From positions 320,001-384,000 of the forward strand of contig OZ253555.1 in assembly GCA_965262725.1 (NCBI GenBank): a DNA stretch of 64,000 nucleotides, given 5' to 3'. Each line of letters opens with the position of its first letter. The stretch's first letter is position 1. This DNA comes from Dehalococcoidia bacterium. GTDB lineage: Bacteria > Chloroflexota > Dehalococcoidia > UBA2979. Of the stretch, positions 42,059 through 52,612 are shown in pieces. A program made the position numbers and the translations under genes. The notes beneath the pieces were generated by a model. The model was not told where the DNA came from and ran no database searches. It worked only from the letters and a program-made list of their open reading frames with translations.

Positions 42059-42214
42059 CCCAACGGTTTTTGAGTTTCGCCACTGCCGTACCAGTGGGTC
42101 CCTCCTTGGCCCACTTGGTCCCATTCTCCAACCTGAGACTGTGATCGCCGTCGTGTCCTGTCCCATGCGATCCCACCTGTTTCTGCGCAGTCCGGCCCCA
42201 ATTCGGCCCCAATT
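42059..42214 (-). repeat. att-arm module with tentative tRNA-Leu(CAA) core
   Basis: Minus strand CTCAAAAACCGTTGGG; periodic GTCCC motifs; tandem CGGCCCCAATT (42193, 42204). Confidence 0.6.
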
Positions 42215-42354
42215 GTTCAGGCTCTGAGCAGTTTGCCACTGAGCAGGATGACAAGTGGAAGTTCCCGGTTCGGTCCCATGTCTTGAACCTGCCACGCGAC
42301 CGGACGTGCATCACCGCGCACACACCTCAGTGGCGAGCCGTTTCGCCGGTCACG

Positions 42355-42650
42355 TCCGACGCGGATGCCGCGCCGGCGCAGCATCGACTTGAAGGCGACG
42401 GCGTGCTCGCGCTTACGCGTGAAGCGGCTGAACTTCCAGACGAGGACCTCCTCGAAGGGCGCGCCTGACTCGCCGGCCTCGTCGAGCATCCTCCTGAAGT
42501 GCGGCCTATCGGCGACGCGACCGCTCTCGGCCTCATCGACGTACTCGCGCACGACCAGGTAGTTGTTCTTCTCGGCGTGCTCGCGCAGCGCGCGCAGCTG
42601 GGCGGCGACAGAGAGGTCGATGTCCTGGCGGTCGCTGGAGACTCGCGAGC
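42355..42650 (-). pseudogene. Large serine recombinase N-terminal fragment
   Basis: RVSSDRQ...YVDEAESG...DRP...LVWKFSRFTR, truncated at both ends. Confidence 0.85.
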
Positions 42651-42806
42651 AGCTCGACGAGCAGCTCCCACGTCCCACCGCCCGTGCCGTCCTCGGCGGC
42701 CGGTGCGCCCTCGAAGTCCGGTATGTTCGGGCCCCGCGTCGCCGAGGATCGTGCCGCCCTCGGCGAGGGGGAGGGCGTAGGCGGTGTTGTCGCCGAGGGG
42801 AGCGGG

Positions 42807-43667
42807 TCAGTCACGGTTGAATGCAGAGTTCCGTTCCGCCTCCTTCACCTCGATCAGCCGACGGGCGGGTTCGAGGTCTGCCTGGGATCCGATTACCCCC
42901 ACCGCCCAGACATAGAACGTGACAAACCATGGGTCGTCGTGCGCATCGTCGTAGAGCGATCGCAGGAGCGAGAGCCTCTGTGGATCGCGAGTTCGGCCAA
43001 TTGCCCAAGCCGTCTCGGCTGGTAGCTTCCTCGCTACCGTCATCGCGAGTGCGGGGTCAACTACGATCAGCCGTTCGATAAGCCGCGCTCTTGCTCCGCT
43101 CGGGCGAGAATCGCGATCTCGCTTTGTGTCAGACCGTTCAAGGAGCTGTACGCAGTCGCCCGCCGATAGCTCATCGGCGAACCCAGCAAGTAACGAGAGC
43201 GCTTCTCGGTCTTGGTGCTCGGCATAGAGTCCCAGCAGAATCTTCACGAGTTGTCTATCGAGTCCGCAGAGCCGGAGCGCTCGGTACCCGGTTCGACGAT
43301 GGATCACGCGTGGCCCCTCCAGAAGCCGGGTGCCGAGCGACCGCGCTCGCGGCGGTGGGACGAGCCTAATCAGCCGAAACAGTGCGCGATCAACGCGACG
43401 ACCCTCTTCGCCACGTCGCTTCATGCCGACATCCACGAGGTAGTCGAGCTTGTCAGCGATCTGACTCGTGATCGCGAGATCGTCCGATGGGTAGTCAGCC
43501 AGATAGTTGATCGCATCGGCAGGATATTCGTGATGCAGGACTGAATCGAGACGTCCGATGAGCTCATCAGCAGGCGTGCACCGGAGTTCGGCGAGTTCGA
43601 TCGTGGACCGCAGGTCGGTCAGCCGACGCCACCAAGGATCCCACTCGACATGGTCGCTAGCGCTCAT
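42807..43667 (-). CDS. Hypothetical helical protein
   Basis: 286-aa ORF starting 6 nt after the upstream stop; no motif recognised. Confidence 0.6.
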   Translation of the reverse strand: MSASDHVEWDPWWRRLTDLRSTIELAELRCTPADELIGRLDSVLHHEYPADAINYLADYPSDDLAITSQIADKLDYLVDVGMKRRGEEGRRVDRALFRLIRLVPPPRARSLGTRLLEGPRVIHRRTGYRALRLCGLDRQLVKILLGLYAEHQDREALSLLAGFADELSAGDCVQLLERSDTKRDRDSRPSGARARLIERLIVVDPALAMTVARKLPAETAWAIGRTRDPQRLSLLRSLYDDAHDDPWFVTFYVWAVGVIGSQADLEPARRLIEVKEAERNSAFNRD

Positions 43668-43673
43668 GATCCC

Positions 43674-44309
43674 TCACCCAGCAGCCACGTGCGCACCATC
43701 ACGTGTCGCTGTCGCCGTTCCCATCTGCCTCTCGACGGCCTGGCGGACGAGCCCCATTACATACCGGAGGTCTTCCGCCTCGCTGAGGTCTACCTCCACG
43801 TCGCCGTTCCCCCAGCGACCGAGGTTGGTGACGTCCTTGGCAAGGCCTCTAGGATCGTGCAGCTCATGGAACCGCATATTCAACGCGAGACGGAGCCGCG
43901 AAGCCAGTGGCACCACGTCCACAAAGTTGGTTTCTGCCTTGTACGCAACGTAGTGCTTGAGGAACTCTTCGGTGACCACGGGGCCGAGCGCGAGCACTTC
44001 TTTCCGGAACATGTCGAATAGCGGTCGGAACGGGCTTCCCGGAGCAAGGTACGGGTGATCGTCAATCGTGTACGTCTCAGCCGTACGTCGCTCCGGCTGC
44101 GTCCGGTAGGGGGCGAGGCTCTCGGCCGACAGGTCGACATCCGCCCAGACGCTTGCAGCCACGCTCGCAAGACGTTCTGCCCGGAGCTCAATCGCCTGCT
44201 CGTCCCATCGCTCTAGCGATCCGATGCCCACGTTCAGTCTGAGCGGGCTCACCCTGAAGCCGCCCTCCACGTCGAGCTTCTCGACGAAGGGGCGGTCACT
44301 GTACTCCAC
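43674..44309 (-). pseudogene. C-terminal fragment of a GmrSD-like (DUF262/DUF1524/DUF5655) protein
   Basis: YSDRPFVEK...SPLRLN, YVAYKAETNFVDV and DVTNLGRWGNGDVEV; 5' part missing. Confidence 0.78.
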
Positions 44310-44427
44310 AGGTGTCGTCTCATTGGCGAGCCGCTTCGCCGGTCATGTCCCCGCGTCCGACGCGCCATAGTCGGGCGACGAGGATGACGTCCGGCATGCT
44401 CCGAGGCAGGGACGTTCTCGAACATCC

Positions 44428-44619
44428 GACCTCCACACTGCCAGGGCGCTAAGCTCGTTCCTGTCCGATCCCAAGCGGTCCCGCTGAGTGCCGACTAGTC
44501 CTGTTTGCTCGGCTAGTGCCGAGGTTGGGGTGGTGTGCTGTACCGCCTCGTCCCATGCAGTACCACCCAGCATGTACCCAACATGTACCCACCGCAGCGG
44601 AGGTGACCGGCCCCGGACG
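44428..44619 (-). repeat. att-arm module, tRNA-Ala(GGC) family
   Basis: gacctccacactgcca core plus conserved arm with tandem ATGTACCCA. Confidence 0.85.
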
Positions 44620-44979
44620 CGAGTCCACTCCTCATAAGAGTCGCGGCGCTTCTCGAGCAAGTCTCGCCACCGGTCGGACCGTGGGTGAACGTCCGTACGG
44701 CCGACGGGGCTGGACAATCTCCCCACTGATGTACCCAACACCGGCGGCCGCGCGGCGTCCAATGCCCGGGCTTGGGCTTTGGCGGTTGGTGGGCCCACGT
44801 TGACTGTACTGCGAACTTTCGAGTTGGCCGTGGGGCTGTGAGCCGAGGAGTCAGAGGAACCACCGCAAGACGGAGAGGTCCTCTTCGCGGCCTCACGGCA
44901 TGGTGATCGGCAGGCTCGAATCTTCGCTGGCTCACCAAGGGAGACTGTACGACGAACTTTGTGCTGACCGTGGGCCTTC

Positions 44980-45503
44980 ATGCCCCTCCGTCACGACGGT
45001 AGGGCCCTTTTCCGCACCGCCGGGCGAAGGCTCGAGAGCAACGAGATAGTTGCGCGCTTCCTGGCCACCATGAGTGTGGTCCTCGCAGATCGCGATAAGC
45101 CGGTCCCGCTGCGAGTCGTAGCGCATGTCAGCGAAGCGAAACGGTTGGTTGGGGGTGATGGGAACGGGATCGGGCGCTTCGTCCGAACGTCGGTAGACGC
45201 GCTGGTCGGCGAAGTTCGCAAAGTAGGTGATCCCGTCGTGGGTCAAGACCGGTGCGCCGTCGTACTCGTGGACGCGGGTACGCACGTTGTAGCCAGGTGG
45301 CGTGAGATCGGTTGATGTGCCGTCAGCCTCGCCGCGCACGAGAACGTAGCGCCCTTCTTCCGTTGGTCGTCCTTCGAGCCAGTAGGTGACCTGCCCATCG
45401 AGCGCTGTCCCTCCGAGGCGGATGGCCTGGAGGTGATCACGTCAGAGGTGATTGGGGACTTCCAAGAGCCGTACGGGGCGACCTGTGGCGTCGACGAGGG
45501 CAT
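44980..45503 (-). pseudogene. S9-family peptidase N-terminal fragment, frameshifted
   Basis: APYGSWKSPIT, then NVRTRVHEY...FADQRVY...RFADM. Confidence 0.8.
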
Positions 45504-45539
45504 AGGGCAAACCTTTCGCGGCGGATTGTAGGCACGGGC

Positions 45540-45634
45540 TGCGGCTTGATGCGCCGCTGGGGATGATCGTTCGGGACGAACGCCTCAGCCGTCACCGCCA
45601 GCATGGTCGTGGTCTGCCGCCCTCGCTCGCGCAT
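45540..45634 (-). pseudogene. IS5/IS1182-like transposase N-terminal fragment
   Basis: MRERGRQTTTML...FVPNDHPQRRIK. Confidence 0.5.
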
Positions 45635-45987
45635 GGGGAACGGGGGCGAACTGTGGGGAGCTCAGGGAGACCCTGCGCCACGCCCCCCGCTGCGGAGCGG
45701 GGGGCTACGGGGGCCGCCGCGGCGCGCTCCACGGCCACCGCGCGGTCACCGCTCCCTCCTGCGGTGCCTCCTCATCGGTCGAGCCGGTCTAGGATGACGA
45801 GCACCGACGCCACGCCGCCCGACAGGGCGCCGAACGCGAGGATGGCCGGGCTCAGCTGCGAGGCACGGGGGATGCCCGCCGAATGGCCACAACTTGGCCA
45901 CAATTGTTCGCGCTTCTTAGCGGGTCTAGGCGTCGGGATTGAACCTGAGGAGGTGGCGGTTTGCGGATTCGAATCGAGACCAGCCGC

Positions 45988-47028
45988 CTAGCCGCTCTCG
46001 CGGTCGCCGACGCGTCGTAGGATTGTGCGCCCCTCTCGGTTGGCCCCCACTCCCTCGGTCGCACGCGCGCGATAGGCTCGCTGTTTTTCAGCATTGAGGC
46101 ATGGTCGGCTGCAATACCGAGTGCCGGTGCTGATGACGCGGAACATCCGCGTACAGGAGCCTCTTTGGCAGAAGCGGAAGTCGTGCCCCGCGGCGATGTC
46201 GTTGGCTGCGATCACCGCCAGTGCCGCTACTGCCGACGGCGCTGACCAGCGAAGGTCAGTCCCTCGACTACTGCGCGGCACGAGTACCTGCCGAGCTGGG
46301 GCCTGCAGGTAGTTGATCTGCGTGAAGGCCTGGAGTCGGTCTAGTACTGGGAGGCTTGCATTCAGACCCTGATTCGCCCAATCGAGGGCCCTGCGGAACG
46401 CCAGAGCCGCAGCCATGAAGTCAGGCACGCACTCCCGATACGACTCACGGAACTCCTTGGTGCCGGGTTCTGGCCACTCTCGGCTGAGCATCACCTCAGC
46501 TTCGCGACCGAGCGGGTCCTGCGAGACGAAGAGATGGGGGTTCCATTTGTGCAGGTCGGCCCACAGGGACGGGAAGAATCTCCACCACGTGCGAGTTAGG
46601 GCCTCGCTATAGAGGGAGTCGTCCCAACCTATCGACGGGTCGAGCTTGCGGAGCAGAGCGGCTGGCTCCGCAGTGGTGGTCTGGGACTGCCACCCGTAGC
46701 CGACCCACCGATGGACCGTACCCATCGGCAGCGTGACCTCGGCAGTCATCTGGAGCAACGCTCCCGTCGGCCCGTAGCGGGCGGACCACTCGGTGATGCG
46801 CCGCTTCTCGGAGTCGGTGGGCGGCAGGAATTCGTTCTCCCGGTCGGGATCAGGGACATTTGCCAGCTCAAGGTATGCGGGATTCCGCGTACGACTCACA
46901 CCGCTCCCGGCATTGTCGCTCCAGAGGTCGAACCCGATTGGCTCTCGCGAACTGCCCGACGGCAGGACATACCCGTCCCGGATCTCGTACTGGTCGAACC
47001 GCCACCAGGGGAAAGCATGAATATCCAT
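45988..47028 (-). CDS. Hypothetical protein with C-terminal CGNR-like zinc finger
   Basis: FCQRGSCTRMF...RYCSRPCLNAEKQRAYRAR. Confidence 0.72.
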   Translation of the reverse strand: MDIHAFPWWRFDQYEIRDGYVLPSGSSREPIGFDLWSDNAGSGVSRTRNPAYLELANVPDPDRENEFLPPTDSEKRRITEWSARYGPTGALLQMTAEVTLPMGTVHRWVGYGWQSQTTTAEPAALLRKLDPSIGWDDSLYSEALTRTWWRFFPSLWADLHKWNPHLFVSQDPLGREAEVMLSREWPEPGTKEFRESYRECVPDFMAAALAFRRALDWANQGLNASLPVLDRLQAFTQINYLQAPARQVLVPRSSRGTDLRWSAPSAVAALAVIAANDIAAGHDFRFCQRGSCTRMFRVISTGTRYCSRPCLNAEKQRAYRARATEGVGANREGRTILRRVGDRESG

Positions 47029-47165
47029 CGTCGTTACCCTCCTGTTACCCTGATATAGTAACGCAATCGGCGCTATCCTCTAGGGACCGCGTCGGGCCGC
47101 TTGGCCCGATGCTCCGAGCGGAGAGTGTGATGTCCGTGCTCCAGACGGGAGGTGATTCGGGAGCC

Positions 47166-47687
47166 ATGGTCGATCGCGTTGGGATCTACATCGACGGGCC
47201 CAACCTCTACGGAGGTGCGCGGCGGCTGACCGGAGATGGTGGTCTCGACATCCCCGCGCTCGTGCGGTCGATCGCCGGTGGCCGCGAGATTGCGGACGTT
47301 CGCTTCTGGACCGGAGTCCTAAACCAAGCCTACGGAGCCGATGCGTACGCGAGACAGCGCCGGTTCTTCGCAGCCATCGAGCAACAACTCCCCAATGCAA
47401 GAATCGGGCGTGCCAGCATCAGGGACCGCGGTGGCCGACAGGTGGAGAAGGGCGTGGATGTAGGAGTCGCGCTCGATCTCGTCATGGGCGCTTACGAAGA
47501 TCGCTGGGACGTGGGCATTGTTGTGAGCGGGGACGGCGATCTGGCGAGGGCGGGACATCTTGTCGCCGAGATGGGGAAGAAATTCGAGGTCGTGTGCTGC
47601 GCTCGGACGCTTAGCGGGCTCCTACGGGCCGAAGCACACAGGACCACGGTGCTTCACGCTGACGATCTTCGCGCATTCCAGCGCTGA
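47166..47687 (+). CDS. NYN-domain RNase
   Basis: IYIDGPNLY, VEKGVDVGVALDLV and VSGDGDL motifs. Confidence 0.9.
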   Translation: MVDRVGIYIDGPNLYGGARRLTGDGGLDIPALVRSIAGGREIADVRFWTGVLNQAYGADAYARQRRFFAAIEQQLPNARIGRASIRDRGGRQVEKGVDVGVALDLVMGAYEDRWDVGIVVSGDGDLARAGHLVAEMGKKFEVVCCARTLSGLLRAEAHRTTVLHADDLRAFQR

Positions 47688-48247
47688 GAAGACGAAGCCC
47701 GCCGTGGTGCCGAGGCACGACGACGGGCGGATAAACGTGGCTCATGCCACGAAGAGATATTCGGGCTTCTCGGCCCCGCTTGTCAAGGCGGCAGTTGGCT
47801 GGCCCTCGTACCCCTGACGCCCTCTTGCAACATCCCAGAAGAAGGAGAGTCGATACTCAAGGCGATAGGCCTTGGATTGGGGCGGGTAGCAGGAGGGCGG
47901 TTGAACGTGCCTGAACCCAACGAGGTCATCCACACGTGGACCGACGAGGACGACTTGCTGAACAACATTCGGGGCGTGCTCTTCGAGAAGACTGGCCGGC
48001 ATGCCGGGTTCGGGCCGGGCGCCGCCCCGACAGTGGAGTACGTTCTGACGCTCCAGGACCGCTTCGGCGAGCCGCTCCGGTTCCCTCTCAGGCTGGTATC
48101 ACGAACGAGCTTCCCTCTCGAGGGGGGCGAAAGTGCGAAGGAGCAGCATCGAGATGACTGACGCACGCGAAGAGCACATCGCACGGCTCGAGGCCCACGT
48201 GGCGGCCCTGCCGACCTTCCTCATCGCTCCGAGGAGCTCGACATGGT

Positions 48248-50044
48248 GTGCTACCTCTTCAGGAACAAGCGATGTCCGCATTGAATGATCAACGCCCTCC
48301 GATCCGTATCACTCGTGTACGTCTATTGAACTTTAAGGGATTCGAGAAGTATTCGCTTACCCTCGACCCGATGACGATACTCGTCGGTCCGAATAACGCC
48401 GGAAAATCCACCATAATCGGTGCGTTTCGGGCGCTAAGTGTTGCTTTGCGCACGGCGCGTGCGCGCAGGCCCGTGATATTGCAGCGAGGCGATCGTAGCC
48501 AACGCGGATACCGAATTCCGACCGAGGGAATCCCGATCTCCGTCGAGAACGCTCAGCATAACTATTCGGATCAGGACGCCGTTGCGGAGTTCGAGCTTTC
48601 GAACGGCCGAACGCTTAGTTTGCTTTTTCCCCCCGGCAGAAGTTGCTCGCTAGTAGTTGACGCCGATGGGCCAATCATTAGAACTGTTGCCGATTTCAAG
48701 CATCACTTTCCAATTGATGTTGGCGTAGTACTTGTGTTGGGTCCGGTGGAACATAATGAGCAGGTCGTGGAAGACCAAACGCTGCAGCGCAATCTTCAGA
48801 CTCATCGCGCCTCAAGGCATTTTCGGAACTATTGGTACCGAAGCAGTAGGGACGAATTCCAGGCATTCCGGCACGCAGTCATGAGCTCATGGGATGACGT
48901 GGATATCGAATTCCGAGAATTGTCGTTCGGTTCAAGCGCTCCCGCCGTCGTACACATGATGTGTACGGAAAGGCGCATGACGCGAGAACTCTATTGGATG
49001 GGCTTCGGCTTTCATGTTTGGCTGCAGATCATGACACATGTGTTGAGAGCACGCGACGCGACTATTCTGGTGATCGATGAGCCTGAGACCTATCTGCACC
49101 CCGCGCTACAGCGGCACCTCCTGGGTGTCCTTCGCGGCGCGGGACCTGACTGCTTACTGGCTACGCACTCCTCGGAGCTTGTTGGCGACGCCGAGCGCAC
49201 CGAGATCGTCCTCGTCGATAAGGCACGACAATTGGGCAAGAGGCTTGGCTCTGGTGCCCACGGTGATGCGCTTGATGCTCTTGGCTCTAGGTTCAACTTC
49301 GCCCTCACGGATGTCTTGCGCCACCGTGCGGCCATCCTTGTGGAGGGGGAGACTGACTTGAAGCACCTCAAGTTGCTGGGGAGTCGTCTGTCGCCTGCAG
49401 TGCTCGGCGGCACGAGAATCCCGCCACTGATCCCCCTTGGAGGACATCGACCTGACGACGCGCGAGACATTGCACGGGCCATGAAGACACTAGTGGGGCC
49501 CGATGTCCGGCTCGCCGTCGTGCTTGACCGTGACTACCGGTCGGATGAAGAAATCGAGGCGCTTGAGGCTGCGCTGCGCGAGGATTTTCGTATAGCTCAT
49601 GTTCTCTGGAGGAAGGAACTTGAGAATTACTTCCTAACCCCTAGTTTGATCGAGAGGACGCTTCGAGCACGGAACGATGAGGAAAGCAGCAGCCTTGACG
49701 TCGTATCGCTTCTGCGATCGTTAACCGACGACTTGCACGCGGTGGCCCAGGGTCAGTGTGTGGCACAGCATCTCGCCTATGGCGCGAGGACGAGATCCGG
49801 AGTGGACCCTGCTACCCTGAGCCAGGAGGCTCTCGAGCGCTTTCGTATCCGCTGGACGACGCTCGACAGCCGCCTTGAACTCGTCTCAGGGAAGGATCTT
49901 CTACGACGACTGAATGCTGCGCTTCAAGAGCAGGGGAGGAAAGCCCTCACGATGCCGCAGCTGACAAGATGGATGACGGGGAATGACATCCCACGTGAGA
50001 TGATGACGCTCCTGCGCGAGCTTGACGTGCTGAACCCTCTCTAG
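48248..50044 (+). CDS. OLD-family ATP-dependent nuclease (ABC ATPase + TOPRIM)
   Basis: GPNNAGKS, IDEPETYLHP, ATHS, LVEGETD, LDRD and ELENY motifs. Confidence 0.88.
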   Translation: MLPLQEQAMSALNDQRPPIRITRVRLLNFKGFEKYSLTLDPMTILVGPNNAGKSTIIGAFRALSVALRTARARRPVILQRGDRSQRGYRIPTEGIPISVENAQHNYSDQDAVAEFELSNGRTLSLLFPPGRSCSLVVDADGPIIRTVADFKHHFPIDVGVVLVLGPVEHNEQVVEDQTLQRNLQTHRASRHFRNYWYRSSRDEFQAFRHAVMSSWDDVDIEFRELSFGSSAPAVVHMMCTERRMTRELYWMGFGFHVWLQIMTHVLRARDATILVIDEPETYLHPALQRHLLGVLRGAGPDCLLATHSSELVGDAERTEIVLVDKARQLGKRLGSGAHGDALDALGSRFNFALTDVLRHRAAILVEGETDLKHLKLLGSRLSPAVLGGTRIPPLIPLGGHRPDDARDIARAMKTLVGPDVRLAVVLDRDYRSDEEIEALEAALREDFRIAHVLWRKELENYFLTPSLIERTLRARNDEESSSLDVVSLLRSLTDDLHAVAQGQCVAQHLAYGARTRSGVDPATLSQEALERFRIRWTTLDSRLELVSGKDLLRRLNAALQEQGRKALTMPQLTRWMTGNDIPREMMTLLRELDVLNPL

Positions 50045-50256
50045 AGGGAATGGTACGGTCTGCGCGGAGGGCGCAACTCCGGACGGAAGCCTACTTGAGG
50101 TGCCGGGTCGGGCCGGTCGACCGGGGAATCTCACGACGACCGGGTGGGATCCCGCACCGCCGCGACCGTGGCCACGTGGCCGGGAACGCCCGGCCGGAAG
50201 GGCATATGCTAGCGCCCCCGGCAGGCACTGACGTCCGGTAGCGAGAAGGGCCGCCT

Positions 50257-51006
50257 GTGCATGTGTACGCGAGTTCGACCGACGAGTTGTCCGGCGACGC
50301 GGTCCTGTGGAGGTACATGAGCTTCGCGAAGTTCATGTCGATGCTCGACAGCAGAAGCCTCTTCCTCTCGAGCATTGCGAGCGTCGACGACCAGTTCGAG
50401 GGGTCGCTGCCCCGCGGCAACGTCCTTCTGCACAGGTGGCTCAGGGAGCGCGAAGCGTCGGCGGACTCGGAGAGAGGGTCACCAGACATCGAGGAGTTTG
50501 CGAGGCGCCGGAGACGCTCCGTCGTCGTGAACTGCTGGCACCGCTCGGAGCACGAGTCCGTGGCCATGTGGAGGCTATACGCGGGAGGGCGGGAAGGCGT
50601 CGCCGTCAGGACGACCGCTGCGGATCTCCGTGGGTGCTTCCTGGAGAGTCCGCCGACGTTCGTACTCCCCGTCCGCTACATCGACTTCGACGAGGATACT
50701 GTCGACGAGATCAACGACTTCCCCCGCTACCTCGTGAAGAGGAAGCCTTTCGAGTTCGAGTCCGAGGTGCGGGCGATCAAGTTCGACGTGCCCATGAAGG
50801 ATGGAGAGATAGACCGCTCGCCGGAGTCCTATCGGCGGCCTGGCGTCCGGAACAAGGTCGACCTGGGCCTGCTCATGGGGGAAGTGATCGTCGCACCGGG
50901 AGCTGGCTCGTGGTTCTTCGAACTCGTCACGGAAGTCACGGCCCGGCACGTCTCCGGCGTGGCAGTTCGCCGCTCGTCCCTCGACTGGCAGCCAGTGTGG
51001 GGCTAG
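50257..51006 (+). CDS. DUF2971-like protein
   Basis: LWRYMSFAKF, NCWH, ESVAMWRLY and KRKPFEFESEVR motifs. Confidence 0.78.
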   Translation: MHVYASSTDELSGDAVLWRYMSFAKFMSMLDSRSLFLSSIASVDDQFEGSLPRGNVLLHRWLREREASADSERGSPDIEEFARRRRRSVVVNCWHRSEHESVAMWRLYAGGREGVAVRTTAADLRGCFLESPPTFVLPVRYIDFDEDTVDEINDFPRYLVKRKPFEFESEVRAIKFDVPMKDGEIDRSPESYRRPGVRNKVDLGLLMGEVIVAPGAGSWFFELVTEVTARHVSGVAVRRSSLDWQPVWG

Positions 51007-51119
51007 CACGCGCGGGCCCCCCGCGATCGGCCCCCCCTGAATCGGAGCGTGACGGCCTCCGTCCGAGGCAGCCCCGCGACGATGCGGGGGGCCAGAGGTG
51101 GGCGTCTTCGATCGCGACA

Positions 51120-51300
51120 CCGGAGGCCAATGGCATCGGCCGAGCGGCTCGTGGGCACGTTCCGGCGTGAATGCCTGGACCACATCATCGTGGTGACCGA
51201 GCGCCACCTGCGCTACGTGCCGCGCGAGTTCGTGCGTCACTACAACGCCGTGCGGCCGCACCGGACGCTGGGGCTCGACGTCCCGGAGCCCGGGACCGGT
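51120..51300 (+). pseudogene. Integrase-core (IS481/IS3-like) C-terminal fragment
   Basis: AERLVGTFRRECLDH...HYNAVRPHRTL. Confidence 0.75.
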
Positions 51301-51353
51301 CCACCCGCCCCCGCAACAGGAACCGAGCTTTCTGAAGGAGGTAAGAGAGCAGG

Positions 51354-52249
51354 GTGACAACACAGGAACCATTGAACGACAGACACATCGGCTGCCCATT
51401 CCAGATACAGATGTGCGATCTGCAAGGCGGCATCAGTTTGGGGACCGCCTTCTTCTATGAGACGCAGGGAGAGACGTTCATCATTACGAACTGGCACAAC
51501 GTAACCGGAAAAGATCCGCTCACAGGCCAGTCGTTGGACACTGGTGGACGTTACCCCTTGTACATCCGGGCCAAGTGGGTTGTACGCGGTAAAGACCGTG
51601 AAGACGGCGCCTTCTCAGGGCATCTGGCAGCGCATCAGGTTGAGATCGAGGACGACGATGGTCCTCTCTGGTTCGAGCATCCCGAGCTCGGCTCGCTCTG
51701 CGACGTAGTTGCGATACCGTGGTCTGAGTCTCCGGTTGGGAAAGTGGCGTTTTCAATAACCCGGCGAACAAGATCGATGATGGGCTTATCCCCATAGACC
51801 CGGGGCTGAAAGCCCTGGTGATAGGGTTCCCGCGAGGACTTAGCACGGGGCCGGGGTTGCCAGTCATAAAGTCGGGGACGTTGGCATCGACTCCTGGCTA
51901 TGAGGTCCGACTCGGGGGAGCGTTCTCATCTGTGGGCGGAATGCAAGACGGCGTTTCACTCCCGGCGATGCTGCTCGACGTGCATACGGTGCCCGGAATG
52001 TCGGGCTCCCCTGTGTTCGGTGAGTACAGTGGATTCTGGAATCCGAAGGACCCACGCCGGCCTGGGATCTCCGACGACTCCACGTTCGGAGTCGGCCGAG
52101 TGTTTCTCGGCTGCCACAGTTCCCGGGTGCTCGAGGTTGAGGAACGAGCTGGACTGGCGATCTGTTACGGAGCCGACGTCATCGAAGAAATCTGTCGCAC
52201 CAAGCATGGCGGGTCGCGGTTCCCTCGTGCGCCAGAGACTTCGAACTGA
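51354..52249 (+). pseudogene. Trypsin-like serine protease, frameshifted near 51720
   Basis: GTAFF, ITNWHNV and DVVA in one frame; IGFP and PGMSGSPV in the next. Confidence 0.8.
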
Positions 52250-52612
52250 TGCCGGTACCCTCGACCGCATCAAGGACCGTATTCGGCGCCTGACGCTGAG
52301 CGCGCGTGAGCGCCTGCCGGATGCGCCGGGGCAGCCCCGGTCAGGCTCCGGCACACCACGAGCAGCTCAGCGTCGGGCGGAACTCGCTGCAGGAGCAGCG
52401 CTCGGCGATGGTGCGGGCGCGCGGACAGCCGCAGGCCATCCGGCCCCGCCGCGGTGGCGGCGCGCGCGCCGGCCCGGTAGCCTCCTCCTCGGCTCCCCGC
52501 TGAGGCAGGCCCGTGGTGACGCACACCGGCCCCGGCCAGCCCCGTCTCCGGTTGCGGGCAGCCCCTGCGTGCCTGCAGCGCGCCCGTCCGGCGTCGGCTT
52601 CCCTCTGACGGC

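Noticed and set aside
45950-45975. Further tRNA 3'-end fragment (minus strand TTCGAATCCGCAAACCGCCAC)
   Set aside because: Too short and degenerate to assign, though it lies next to an arm-like repeat.
47033-47061. GTTACCCT direct repeat as a LexA box
   Set aside because: Does not match a LexA consensus I can support; it may be an arm or operator site.
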